From NCBI GenBank assembly GCA_041598875.1, contig JBFHXP010000003.1, forward strand, positions 1-60,320: a DNA stretch of 60,320 nt, read 5' to 3'. The number at the start of each line of letters is the position of its first letter. Position 1 is the first letter of the stretch. Positions 25,195 through 33,978 of the stretch are shown here, in pieces. This DNA is from Desulfobulbales bacterium (lineage in GTDB: Bacteria > Desulfobacterota > Desulfobulbia > Desulfobulbales > BM004). The notes below the pieces were generated by a model. The model did not search any database, had not been told where the DNA came from, and was given only the letters and a program-made list of their open reading frames with translations. A program made the translations under genes and the position numbers.

Positions 25195-26391
25195 TTAGTG
25201 AATCTCCGGTCCTGAAGGCGGGAGAGAATTGCCTGGCAGGGGCTGTACACGTTCCCGGAGAAAAGCGGATATCGCATACTTGGCAGCCTTGTCCATTTTC
25301 TGGAAGGAGATGGAGATGCCGATGTCATAGCGGTCAGGAGCAAGGCATTCCACCCTCACGACCCGGCCAATGACAAAAATGAGCTGGTGCTCCCTGAGCG
25401 GGACCTCCAGCTGGATGTTGGTGCCAATACCGAGCAGCTTGTTGGATTCAAAAAGGAGCCCGCCGAGACTGATATCCTTGCCCATCCAGGTTTCCACCGG
25501 CGTGCCGTTGACCCCCAGTTCCTTTATTTTTATCTTTTTATCAATACCCAGCCGGGTGTACCGTCGTTTGTCGGCCGAGGAGTAGGAGATAATGTTTTTC
25601 CCGGCTCCCTTGGCGCGATAGAGGGCGCTGTCGGCACAGGCAAGAAGGCTGTCCGCCCTGTTGCTGTCCGCCGGAAAAGAGGCGAGTCCTCCGCTCACGG
25701 TTATGAAGAAGGTCTGATTGTTATTGACCAGCGGGGTTTCCTCCACCCGGGTCCGGATTCTGTCTGCCACCACAAAGGCGTCTTCCCGGTCTATCTGCGG
25801 GAAGATGACAACCAGCTCCTCGCCACCGTATCGGCAGGCAATATCCTCGGCCCGCAGTTCCGATTTGACTATATCGGCGACTATCCGCAAAACCGTATCG
25901 CCAAAGGGGTGGCCATGGGTGTCGTTAACCTCCTTAAAGTTATCGATATCCAGAAAGAGAATCGAAAGATCCATGCCATACCGGTTTGCCTGGGAGATTT
26001 CGCGTGCCATCGCATCGTCAAACGATTTCCGGTTCAACAGGCCGGTCAGGGTGTCGTACTTGGAGTGTTTTACCGTTTCCTCAAATATTTTTATCTCCAC
26101 AACCTTCGGGTTTTTTAGAAATTTCTGCACCGAACAGAAATAATCACAGATCGCGGTCCGCAGGCTGACCTCCCGGCCCATGAGGCCGTTCATTGTCTGC
26201 CGGTGATCAATTATTTCGTGCCAGCATCTTTTTGCCTGGGCAGGATCAAGGGCGAGGTTGGTTAAGACGTGCAGGATGGTACTGTAGGCGGCGTCGCCAT
26301 GGTCTACAGCCATGACCTCGAGGGTCTTGATAAGATCCCTTTCAGCACAGTGATCTTCAAGGCACTGGAGGATCGATTCACGGAGTATCAT
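25195..26391 (-). CDS. diguanylate cyclase (GGDEF) with C-terminal PilZ domain
   Basis: 398 aa. DALTGLLNR-type entry (DTLTGLLNRKSF), an RYGGEEL active site, and C-terminal RRYTR...D(I)SLGG motifs (RxxxR / DxSxxG) of PilZ. Confidence 0.85.
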   Translation of the reverse strand: MILRESILQCLEDHCAERDLIKTLEVMAVDHGDAAYSTILHVLTNLALDPAQAKRCWHEIIDHRQTMNGLMGREVSLRTAICDYFCSVQKFLKNPKVVEIKIFEETVKHSKYDTLTGLLNRKSFDDAMAREISQANRYGMDLSILFLDIDNFKEVNDTHGHPFGDTVLRIVADIVKSELRAEDIACRYGGEELVVIFPQIDREDAFVVADRIRTRVEETPLVNNNQTFFITVSGGLASFPADSNRADSLLACADSALYRAKGAGKNIISYSSADKRRYTRLGIDKKIKIKELGVNGTPVETWMGKDISLGGLLFESNKLLGIGTNIQLEVPLREHQLIFVIGRVVRVECLAPDRYDIGISISFQKMDKAAKYAISAFLRERVQPLPGNSLPPSGPEIH

Positions 26392-26508
26392 GATAAAACC
26401 TCAGGGCAGCTGGAAGTTGTATAACCTTTCCGGCGTGTTATCACCTTTGTTGCAGTATGGTCAGGTCGAGATGGGTGTGGTTCGGTGGAAACCCGATACT
26501 ACATTAGT

Positions 26509-26693
26509 TTTCATCCGGAAACGCCACTTTTTAAAAATCTCGGTGTCGATCCGTAGAAGCATGTGCTCGCCGTACTCAGGTACGTCTCCGCATACTTCCT
26601 TGATCTCCTTGATCTTTTTAAAAATTGTCTGTTTCTGGATTGAAAACAACCAAGTGTAGCCATCCGGAAAAAATAGACTTTCCGAATGGACAC
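26509..26693 (-). mobile_element. full-length (185 bp) MITE-like element, flanked by 9-bp direct repeat TACATTA(G/A)T
   Basis: It is the reverse complement of the 11041-11224 copy (same ends, same internal hairpin). Flanks are 26500-26508 tacattagt and 26694-26702 tacattaat. Confidence 0.7.
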
Positions 26694-26750
26694 TACATTA
26701 ATCGGCAGAATCAATTTGTAAAGAAAAAGTCACTGGCCCCGGAGGAAAAC

Positions 26751-26900
26751 ATGAATTTTTCTAGGAGCCTGTCGGAGAATTATAACCGTAACGAAAAAGC
26801 GAGGAATCGAGGCCAGATTTTCTGGGATTTGAGGAGAATAGCAGCGCTATTTAACGAAAAGTCCGGGACATATGGGCCGATTATCTCGCTTTTGGAGTAG
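26751..26900 (+). CDS. speculative 49-aa small ORF bracketed by a perfect 21-bp inverted repeat
   Basis: ATG 26751 with GGAGG 5 nt upstream. Peptide: MNFSRSLSENYNRNEKARNRGQIFWDLRRIAALFNEKSGTYGPIISLLE. No recognisable family. Confidence 0.25.
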   Translation: MNFSRSLSENYNRNEKARNRGQIFWDLRRIAALFNEKSGTYGPIISLLE

Positions 26901-26927
26901 GTTGGGAATTCTCCGACAGGCTCCTAG
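26761..26927. repeat. perfect 21-bp inverted repeat CTAGGAGCCTGTCGGAGAATT (26761-26781 / 26907-26927) with a 125-bp spacer
   Basis: Read directly from the sequence. The right arm covers the stop codon of the 26924..28087 gene. Confidence 0.9.
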
Positions 26928-28087
26928 CGGCGTTTTTCGCTGCTGCCGGCGATCTGTCCGGCAAGCTTGAGGGTGAGCAGGTCGGCGAGCAGGGATCCCA
27001 CGGTTTCAATTTTTTTTCTGAAAGGGGTGTTGCGGATATGATGCCAACGTTCGTCTTCGGGAAATCGTTCCGGCAGCTTCAAGTTGTAGAGGATCGGCAT
27101 CTCCCCCTGCTGGAGGTCCGGGGCATGGACCCGGAGCCAGGCCTCGCCTAGGGGCATGACATCGGTGAGATAATCAATAGCCACCTGACCGTTGTCAAAG
27201 ATGGTTGTGGTCAGTTTGCGGCCGGCGGGGAAATTGCCGATGGTCGCGTCCGGTACCACCTCGACCAGGTTCCAGCCGGCGAGAATCAGGTCCTCGGCCA
27301 TCTGGTTCAGGGAGCCTCCTGCCCCGCCGATCAGGTCGCCGCCAATCGCCTCCCTTAGCTTGTCAGCGGCAAAGATCATCCTTTCCGACAAACCCCTTGG
27401 TTCAGGCTCGCCATCCGGCCTCCAGTTGCCCAGTGAAAGAGCGCTGCCCAGGTCCTTGACAAGTTCAATCAGCGATCCGATCAGCCCTTTGCGTTGCCCC
27501 TCGCGGATCTGGTTCTGTTCATCGCGATAATGGGTCTTGGCCCCGAAAAAGAGGTTTTGAAAGAAGTTTTTGATATTGCCGACAGCATCGGCAATGTTTT
27601 TCCCGAGTCGCGAAATAAACGTGTCCGGTGCCTCGCGGGTCACTTTTTTCTGTTCAAGAAGATAGTGGTCTCCCCCGGGGTTGCTGAGCAACTGATCGTC
27701 TTTGTATGCGGCCCATCCAGTGTCGGATTGGGTGGTCTGGTTATGGCCGGGCAACGCATTTTCCTGCTGTCTCTGGTAGGCCGCGGCAGCTCCGGTTGGC
27801 GAAACGGGCCCGTGCGGCAACACGGGAACGTCGGCCGCGCGGGGTGGGCTGGGCTCGGCATGGCCCTTTTCAAGGGCCATGGTTTTTGCGGTGAACATGT
27901 CCTCAAAGGAGTACTCTCCCAGTGGGTCCGGAGTGTTCCGGGAACCGGCGGAGCCGGGCTGTGCCGGGCTGGGGCTGAGGTGGGTAATTTCCATTATCTG
28001 TCCTTTACTCTGTGTTTCCATCCCTTTTAAGTCGTATCGGTTGACGGCGGACAGATAAATAGTTTTAATGGGTTTATTCCGGAACAA
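26924..28087 (-). CDS. hypothetical protein (Pro-rich N-terminal region, no recognised domain)
   Basis: 387-aa ORF. More likely starts are ATG 28021 or ATG 27994 (AAAGGA 6 nt upstream). No TM segments and no motif I can place. Confidence 0.5.
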   Translation of the reverse strand: MFRNKPIKTIYLSAVNRYDLKGMETQSKGQIMEITHLSPSPAQPGSAGSRNTPDPLGEYSFEDMFTAKTMALEKGHAEPSPPRAADVPVLPHGPVSPTGAAAAYQRQQENALPGHNQTTQSDTGWAAYKDDQLLSNPGGDHYLLEQKKVTREAPDTFISRLGKNIADAVGNIKNFFQNLFFGAKTHYRDEQNQIREGQRKGLIGSLIELVKDLGSALSLGNWRPDGEPEPRGLSERMIFAADKLREAIGGDLIGGAGGSLNQMAEDLILAGWNLVEVVPDATIGNFPAGRKLTTTIFDNGQVAIDYLTDVMPLGEAWLRVHAPDLQQGEMPILYNLKLPERFPEDERWHHIRNTPFRKKIETVGSLLADLLTLKLAGQIAGSSEKRR

Positions 28088-28212
28088 AAGGATGTTGCGG
28101 ACGGGTACTGATCGGTTTCCGGATGAAAACGAAAAGGCAGAGTGACACTGGCCGGCCCGGCAGTCAGAAAAAAATTCCTGCCCAGCCGAACCTCTTTCAC
28201 TGAAGAAAATCG

Positions 28213-28917
28213 ATGAGCGTGATAACTATCCGTTATGAGATGGTCTTGCCCGATGGCAGTCGGGAGGTTTTTTCACTGCCCCTTGATTCGGTTGACCTCA
28301 GCCTGGCGTGGCCCCTTCCTGAGGTGAAACCGGAGTGGACGGCCCTTGACTTTCATCAATGCCCAAACTGCCCCCTTTCCCCTGAAATCCACCCTGATTG
28401 CCTGCTTGCCATCCATATCGTAGAAATACTCAAACACTCAAACCGGCTCGTCTCCCATGACCGGGTCCACCTGGAGGTGGTTACCGATGAGCGGGTTGTC
28501 TCCCAGGAAACAACGGCCCAGCGAGCATTCAGTGGTCTGCTCGGCCTTGTTTTCGCGACGAGCGGCTGCCCGCACTCGATGTTTCTCCGGCCAATGGCCC
28601 GCTTTCATCTGCCCCTTGCCAGTGAAGAGGAGACCATTTACCGGGCAACGTCGATGTATCTTCTGGCCCAGTATTTCTTGAAAAAAGAGGGGAGAAAGGT
28701 CGATTTTGAGCTTGACGGGCTTCTTGAGCGCTATAAGAATCTCCAGACCGTCAACCGGACCATGGTCGACCGGCTCAAGGCCGCATCTGAAACCGATTCG
28801 TCAATCAACGCGATTGTTCTGCTTGACGCCTATGCCAAGTTTCTGCCCTTTGCCATCAAGGAGTCGCTGGAAGAGCTTCGCTTTCTCTTTGCAAGCTATT
28901 TTCAGGATAACGGATAG
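28213..28917 (+). CDS. hypothetical protein with Cys/His cluster (HQCPNCP...HPDC...SGCPH)
   Basis: 234-aa ORF, divergent from the 26924..28087 gene. Codon usage resembles neighbouring genes. Possible metal site, with no family recognised. Confidence 0.55.
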   Translation: MSVITIRYEMVLPDGSREVFSLPLDSVDLSLAWPLPEVKPEWTALDFHQCPNCPLSPEIHPDCLLAIHIVEILKHSNRLVSHDRVHLEVVTDERVVSQETTAQRAFSGLLGLVFATSGCPHSMFLRPMARFHLPLASEEETIYRATSMYLLAQYFLKKEGRKVDFELDGLLERYKNLQTVNRTMVDRLKAASETDSSINAIVLLDAYAKFLPFAIKESLEELRFLFASYFQDNG

Positions 28918-28927
28918 GGGGGCGTCT

Positions 28928-29722
28928 CTATTCCGCCCGGTCCCGCGGGTCTGTGATCCGGATCTCTGGCCAGGTCTTTCTGAGTAAATCCAAGGCAGTA
29001 TAATTTGTCAGATCAAGGTGGAGCGGGGTGATGGAAACCATGCCCTGTTCAAGTGTCCGGGAGTCGGAATCAACCCCGTTATCCCATGTGGGCGTGCCTC
29101 CGCCGATCCAGTAATGCTTGCGACCCCAGGGGTCAAAGGTTTCCTTGATCGCGTCGTCATATTGTCGGCGCCCCTGGCAGGTAAAGCGAATACCCTTGAT
29201 TTCCGCCACCGGGCAATTAGGGATATTGATATTGAGAAGGGTGTCGCGCGGCAACCCCCGGGAAAGAATGAGCCGGGCAAGAGCCTGGGAGATGTGCGCC
29301 GCGGTTTCGAAGTGATACGGAGGTTCACCGGCCAGGGAGACGGCCATCGAGGGAACTCCGAGCATGGTGCCTTCCACTGCCGCGGAAACCGTGCCGGAAT
29401 AGTTGATATCGTCTCCGAGATTGGCGCCGGAATTGATGCCGGATACGACCAGGACTGGTCTTTCGCCGAGTATTTTGCTTATTCCCAGGGTTACGCAGTC
29501 AACCGGCGTTCCGTTTACCGAGTGGGTTGTCTCGGAGATCTTCAGCACCCTCAGGGGGCGGTGCATGGTCAGGGAGTGGCTGGAGGCGCTGCTGTTTCTG
29601 GACGGGGCAATGGTCACCGGTGTGCCGATTTTCTCCATGGCCTGATGCAGGGCCAGCCTGCCCGGGGCGTCAACCCCATCGTCATTGGTTACCAGGATCA
29701 GGTGTTTTTTTAGTGTTTTCAT
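28928..29722 (-). CDS. surE: 5'/3'-nucleotidase SurE
   Basis: 264 aa. ILVTNDDGVDAPG, SGINSGANLG and YSGTVSAA motifs. Confidence 0.95.
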   Translation of the reverse strand: MKTLKKHLILVTNDDGVDAPGRLALHQAMEKIGTPVTIAPSRNSSASSHSLTMHRPLRVLKISETTHSVNGTPVDCVTLGISKILGERPVLVVSGINSGANLGDDINYSGTVSAAVEGTMLGVPSMAVSLAGEPPYHFETAAHISQALARLILSRGLPRDTLLNINIPNCPVAEIKGIRFTCQGRRQYDDAIKETFDPWGRKHYWIGGGTPTWDNGVDSDSRTLEQGMVSITPLHLDLTNYTALDLLRKTWPEIRITDPRDRAE

Positions 29723-31647
29723 TTATGTTTTTCTTCATAGCGGGTGCGTAAAAAGAGATCGATCTGTTGCTGGTAATAGTCGCGGTTGCCCGGGTCGACA
29801 GTTAGTGCCGCCTCTTCTGTTCTCAGGGCCTCCCTGACCATGTTGTTTGCCCAGTAGGCGGTGGCCAGGGTGTCCAGTATATACCCCTCCCCTTTTTGCG
29901 CAACAGCCTGGGATGCAAGAATCAGGGCGAGTTGGGGGTTGCGCACCTCCGGGTCCTTGGCCGTGACCAGGAGCCATGCAAGATTGTTGAGAAGTTCCGG
30001 GTGGCTGGGATCGAGGGAAAGGGCCTGTTCATAGGCGGTCCTTGCCCCTCTTTCCTGGCCGCGGTCATGGAGCAGGGTGCCCTTGACTATATACCAGAGA
30101 CTGTTTTTCGGCTCCTGCCTGATTTTCTGATTAAGCAGTGCTATTCTCTGGGGGAGGACCGTATCGGCATAGGTGTTTTCAGAGTGGATTTTGAGCTGTT
30201 CAACCCGGGGGTTCTGGAGAATCAGGGCGCCGGCCGCCAGCAGGAGAAGGTAGAGGCTGAGCGCGGAAAAAACCTTCCAGTCCTGCATTCTTATCAGGCC
30301 GGGATTCCGTGCTGCGCGGGCAAGAAAATCGACCCGTTGGCCGATGCCGAAATGATGCCAGCTGGGAAGGTCGCGGATATTGCCGCTCAACCAGCCTATT
30401 TTTTCCAGAGAGCGGATCAGGGGGGCGCTTTTTCCCGTGGCGGTTAAAACGTGAAGGTCCGCCTGGCGTTCAAAATTGCGCATGAAAAACCCGAAGACGT
30501 AGCGGAAATAAATGACCATGACCATAAAGAGGGGCACGGTGCTCCAGAAGGCGATGCCCGCATCCGGGGTTTCATGGGTAAAATCCAGGAGTGTATAGAA
30601 AAAAGTTGAACTGAGGAGCAGGTAGAGAAGGGGGTCGGCAAGTATGGAAACGGTCAGGGCAAAACCGAGAAAGAGTACCAGGTAGAGATGAAGGTGGTAT
30701 TTTTTAACGTGGCCGATTTCATGGGCCATGATTGCGTCGAGTTCCTCCAGGGTCATGGTGTTGAGCAATGCCGGGGTCACCAGCAGGTAGCGGAGCCTTC
30801 TGGAAATCCCCATGACTCCGGCGGTGATCGCCTGTCCCTCAAAAAGGGGCCAGAGAAGGATTTCCGAGCAGGTGAAATTCTGGCTGCGGCAGAAGGCCTC
30901 GATGTGGCTGCGGAGGGGACCTGCTGGAAGCGGGGTGCAGCTCCACATCCGGCGGATCAGGGCAGGGAAGAAAAGTGCCAGGAGAACAAAGAATGAGAGC
31001 AGGAGCAGTATTTCTCCCCAATGGGATGTGAGCAGCTGCTGGAGGCCGGAAAAGGGCAGGAGCATGAGCAGGTCGTAGAGCATCGAAAGAATCGCCCATG
31101 GGAGAATGATCGGCAGGTTGGCCTTGAGATTTGAGCGGAGAAACGTGGTCACGGCGTAGCGGCGGGCAAAGATCCGCTGGTAGCTCGGCAGGGCACCGGT
31201 CCACATCAGGCAGAGGTAGAAAAAGAAAAGAAACGTGCCAGCCAGGTCCGCCAGAAAGGGCAGTTTGCCGGTCAGGGGGAGAAGGGAAAAATAATATTTA
31301 CAGTCAAGGAGATAGACGTCTGCGGCAAAAAAGATAATTGCCAGGATCGAAAGTCTCTGCTCCGCGGCAAAATAGGGTTTGCTTTCAGTTATTCGCCTGC
31401 GGCCCTGAGCGGCCCGGACAAGGATAAAATAGAGCAAGGCCTTGATAAAAAAGAGAACTCCGGCCCACAGGGGGGGGACAAGGGGGGCCTGGGGAGTGGA
31501 ACTGGTGGTGAGAATAAGAATAACAACCAGCAGATAGAGAAGGTTGTTGTATATCAAGGCGGCTTCCCTGGCTTGGAGTGAAAAAAAGATTCGATTTCTT
31601 TGAGTTGCAGCGGAAATGTGCCTGAAACGAGTTTTCATCCGGAGCAA
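29719..31647 (-). CDS. M48 family zinc metallopeptidase with polytopic N-terminal half and C-terminal TPR repeats
   Basis: 642-aa ORF with HEIGHVKKYH (HExxH) and C-terminal TPR-like repeats. The predicted first 7 codons (MLRMKTR) are encoded by a MITE-like repeat, so the true start is uncertain. It overlaps the surE start by 4 nt. Confidence 0.8.
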   Translation of the reverse strand: MLRMKTRFRHISAATQRNRIFFSLQAREAALIYNNLLYLLVVILILTTSSTPQAPLVPPLWAGVLFFIKALLYFILVRAAQGRRRITESKPYFAAEQRLSILAIIFFAADVYLLDCKYYFSLLPLTGKLPFLADLAGTFLFFFYLCLMWTGALPSYQRIFARRYAVTTFLRSNLKANLPIILPWAILSMLYDLLMLLPFSGLQQLLTSHWGEILLLLSFFVLLALFFPALIRRMWSCTPLPAGPLRSHIEAFCRSQNFTCSEILLWPLFEGQAITAGVMGISRRLRYLLVTPALLNTMTLEELDAIMAHEIGHVKKYHLHLYLVLFLGFALTVSILADPLLYLLLSSTFFYTLLDFTHETPDAGIAFWSTVPLFMVMVIYFRYVFGFFMRNFERQADLHVLTATGKSAPLIRSLEKIGWLSGNIRDLPSWHHFGIGQRVDFLARAARNPGLIRMQDWKVFSALSLYLLLLAAGALILQNPRVEQLKIHSENTYADTVLPQRIALLNQKIRQEPKNSLWYIVKGTLLHDRGQERGARTAYEQALSLDPSHPELLNNLAWLLVTAKDPEVRNPQLALILASQAVAQKGEGYILDTLATAYWANNMVREALRTEEAALTVDPGNRDYYQQQIDLFLRTRYEEKHK

Positions 31648-31674
31648 AATGATTTTCCGGATAGACTCGAACTA
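31629..31674 (-). repeat. diverged mini copy of the MITE-like family
   Basis: The reverse complement TAGTTCGAGTCTATCCGGAAAATCATTTTGCTCCGGATGAAAACTC parallels the mini copy at 57592-57627. Confidence 0.55.
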
Positions 31675-31913
31675 TATCGGCACCGGCGGCAGGGGTCAAG
31701 GGAAACCCGGGGGGCAGTTCCCGGGAATGGGAAAAAACCATTCAGGCCACCGTAACTGCCTGTCTTTTCGATCGATATCTGTGTCCTGTGCAAAAATGTA
31801 TCAGCGGAATATCACCTAGATGCCTGCGGTACAATTTTTGGCATTCCCTGGTCTCAAGCCAAAAACCAGAGTGTTCAAGATACCCTTTAGTGAAATTTCT
31901 TGGCTTTTGCCGG

Positions 31914-31943
31914 TTGACAAAAACCGGGGAATAGGTTTAATAT
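31914..31943 (+). promoter_or_regulatory. sigma-70-type promoter for the tRNA gene
   Basis: TTGACA (31914-31919), 18-nt spacer, TAATAT (31938-31943), about 20 nt upstream of the tRNA 5' end. Confidence 0.55.
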
Positions 31944-31962
31944 TTCGAATTAACTCAAGGAA

Positions 31963-32039
31963 GGGCCTATAGCTCAGTTGGCTAGAGCCACCGGCTCATA
32001 ACCGGTCGGTCCCTGGTTCGAGTCCAGGTAGGCCCACCA
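31963..32039 (+). tRNA. tRNA with CAT anticodon (elongator Met, or Ile2 if lysidine-modified)
   Basis: Cloverleaf folded by hand: acceptor GGGCCTA/TAGGCCC, D stem GCTC/GAGC, anticodon stem ACCGG/CCGGT, loop CTCATAA, T stem CCTGG/CCAGG, encoded CCA. It lacks initiator features (1:72 is paired, and there is no GGG/CCC anticodon stem). Confidence 0.9.
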
Positions 32040-32302
32040 CCTTATGAAGCCTGGCCCTGCCCCAAGGCCCCAGAGGCGGTAGTCGGGGAGAATAAAAGTT
32101 TGACTGACATCCCATGAAATGGATAGACATATCCCATAACCATACGTTTTTCTACAGATTTTTTTACCCTGAAAATTCTCTCCAGAGGTTCTCTTCTCGA
32201 GAAGAGGTGAAGGGGAAAACCGGGCAGACCCCTGGGCAAAGGTGCATCCGAGAACGCGGTGTACCTTTTTTTTATTGCCAACTCCGGGAACAGGGGTAAG
32301 CG

Positions 32303-33130
32303 ATGGCATCGGCCACTGTACACAGTCTGCTGTTAGAGCTTGAGGCGATAGCCTCATCTGCTTCTGCAGAACCATGGGATAATGTGGGCTTGATGCTGGG
32401 TGGGATTTCCCGGCAGCTGACCGGTGTGTTGGTTGCCCTGGATCCCACTGAAAATGTCATTGACGAAGCCCGAGAACGTGGGGCGAACGTAGTAATCACC
32501 CATCATCCCCTGATTTTTCATCCCCTGAAGTCCATTTCCACCGAAGAGCCTGTCGGGCGCCTTGTCCAAAAGGCCCTGGCCGCGGATATCGCCGTCATCA
32601 GCTGTCACACCAATCTTGATACTGTTGCCGGCGGGGTAAGCGATGTTCTTGCCCAGGCCCTGGGACTTGATCGGTCAACGATCAGGCCCCTTCAGGAATC
32701 AGAACCGGGCATAGGCTTTGGTCGTGTGGGAAGATTGGCCAGACCGCTGCCCGGGACCGACTATCTTGATCATATTCTGACGGCCCTGTCTGTTCCGGTT
32801 GTTGCTGTTTCCGGGCAGGTTCCCGCCATGGTCGAGACTGTGGCGGTCTGCGGGGGTAGCGGTTCCGAGCTTGCGCCGGCAGCACACCGGGCAGGGGCTC
32901 AACTCCTTGTTACCGGCGAGATAAAACACAGTATGGCGCGCTGGGCCGAGGCGGCCGGACTTTGTCTGGTCGATGGCGGGCACTACGCAACCGAGCGGCC
33001 GGTCGTAAAGGCCCTGGCCGCCATGATTGAGCGGGTGTCCGTTGAAAAAGGCTGGAGCGTGCCTGTTGGGATCGCTCTCAGTGAAGATACTCCCTTTGCC
33101 TTTCATTTTCGCCCGACCGGCGAAAAATGA
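32303..33130 (+). CDS. Nif3-like dinuclear metal center protein (YbgI family)
   Basis: 275 aa. EPWDNVGLMLG, VVITHHPLIF and GGHYATE motifs. Confidence 0.9.
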   Translation: MASATVHSLLLELEAIASSASAEPWDNVGLMLGGISRQLTGVLVALDPTENVIDEARERGANVVITHHPLIFHPLKSISTEEPVGRLVQKALAADIAVISCHTNLDTVAGGVSDVLAQALGLDRSTIRPLQESEPGIGFGRVGRLARPLPGTDYLDHILTALSVPVVAVSGQVPAMVETVAVCGGSGSELAPAAHRAGAQLLVTGEIKHSMARWAEAAGLCLVDGGHYATERPVVKALAAMIERVSVEKGWSVPVGIALSEDTPFAFHFRPTGEK

Positions 33131-33218
33131 GATTTATATAGTGGTATGGATGGAACGTCTTTCCACAGTGAAATGGAGCTGATGCGGCATTGAATAAAAC
33201 ATGTAAGGAGAAGGTCAC

Positions 33219-33938
33219 TTGAACGAGGATATAAAACAACTCACGGAATTACAGGTTATTGATCTTGAAATAGCCCGGCTCGACGGAAAAATGGCGGCCG
33301 AGATGGCGGATCTGGAGAAGCATCGCGAGGCCTATCAGGGGTATCAGGACTCAATTACCGAACTTCAGGAAAAGATTGCAGCTCTTGAGGCCAGGCAGAG
33401 AGAAATTGAGGCCGAACACGCCGATGAACTCGGTCGGATCAAAGAACGCCAGTCAAAAATGATGCAGGTGCAGACCAACCGCGAGTACCAGAGTCTGCTG
33501 AAGGAGATCGAGGACGCTAAACGGGCGAACAAGGAGCGCGAGGAGGAAACCGTCCGCCATCTTGAGCAGAAAGAGTCACTGCAAAAGATACTTGCCGAGC
33601 AGATTTCGCTTAACACTGGTCAGGACAAGGAGCTTGCCGTTGAGGAGAAATCCGTGGCCCAGACCGTTGCCGATCTCACGGCGGAAAAAAGCGCCATTGA
33701 GAAGAAAAGGGCGACCAAGGCCAAGGGTTTTGACGCCTCTCTGCTGAAAAGATATGATCTTCTCCGGGTAAGGCGTAACGGCCGGGCGGTGGTCGGTGTG
33801 GCCGGCGGGGTCTGCCAGGGGTGTTTCATGAGCATACCCCCGCAGCAGTACAATGAAATACAGAAGGGAGACAAGATGCTTTTCTGTCCGACATGCCAGC
33901 GGATACTTTATTTTCAGCCGGAAACGGAAGAGAAGTAA
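33219..33938 (+). CDS. coiled-coil zinc-ribbon protein (COG1579 / DUF164 type)
   Basis: 239 aa. A long heptad-rich region, then C-terminal CQGCFMSIPPQ...FCPTCQRILY. This is the usual partner downstream of Nif3-like genes. Confidence 0.8.
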   Translation: MNEDIKQLTELQVIDLEIARLDGKMAAEMADLEKHREAYQGYQDSITELQEKIAALEARQREIEAEHADELGRIKERQSKMMQVQTNREYQSLLKEIEDAKRANKEREEETVRHLEQKESLQKILAEQISLNTGQDKELAVEEKSVAQTVADLTAEKSAIEKKRATKAKGFDASLLKRYDLLRVRRNGRAVVGVAGGVCQGCFMSIPPQQYNEIQKGDKMLFCPTCQRILYFQPETEEK

Positions 33939-33978
33939 TATCAGTACTCCGTCCGGTTTCGGATGGAGACCAGGGATT

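Noticed and set aside
32040-32302. The tRNA(CAT) 3' flank as an integration site for a genomic island
   Set aside because: No integrase gene and no direct repeat of the tRNA 3' end are seen downstream. The next gene is a conserved Nif3-like housekeeping gene. Only a 16-bp palindrome (CTCTTCTCGAGAAGAG at about 32186-32201) stands out.
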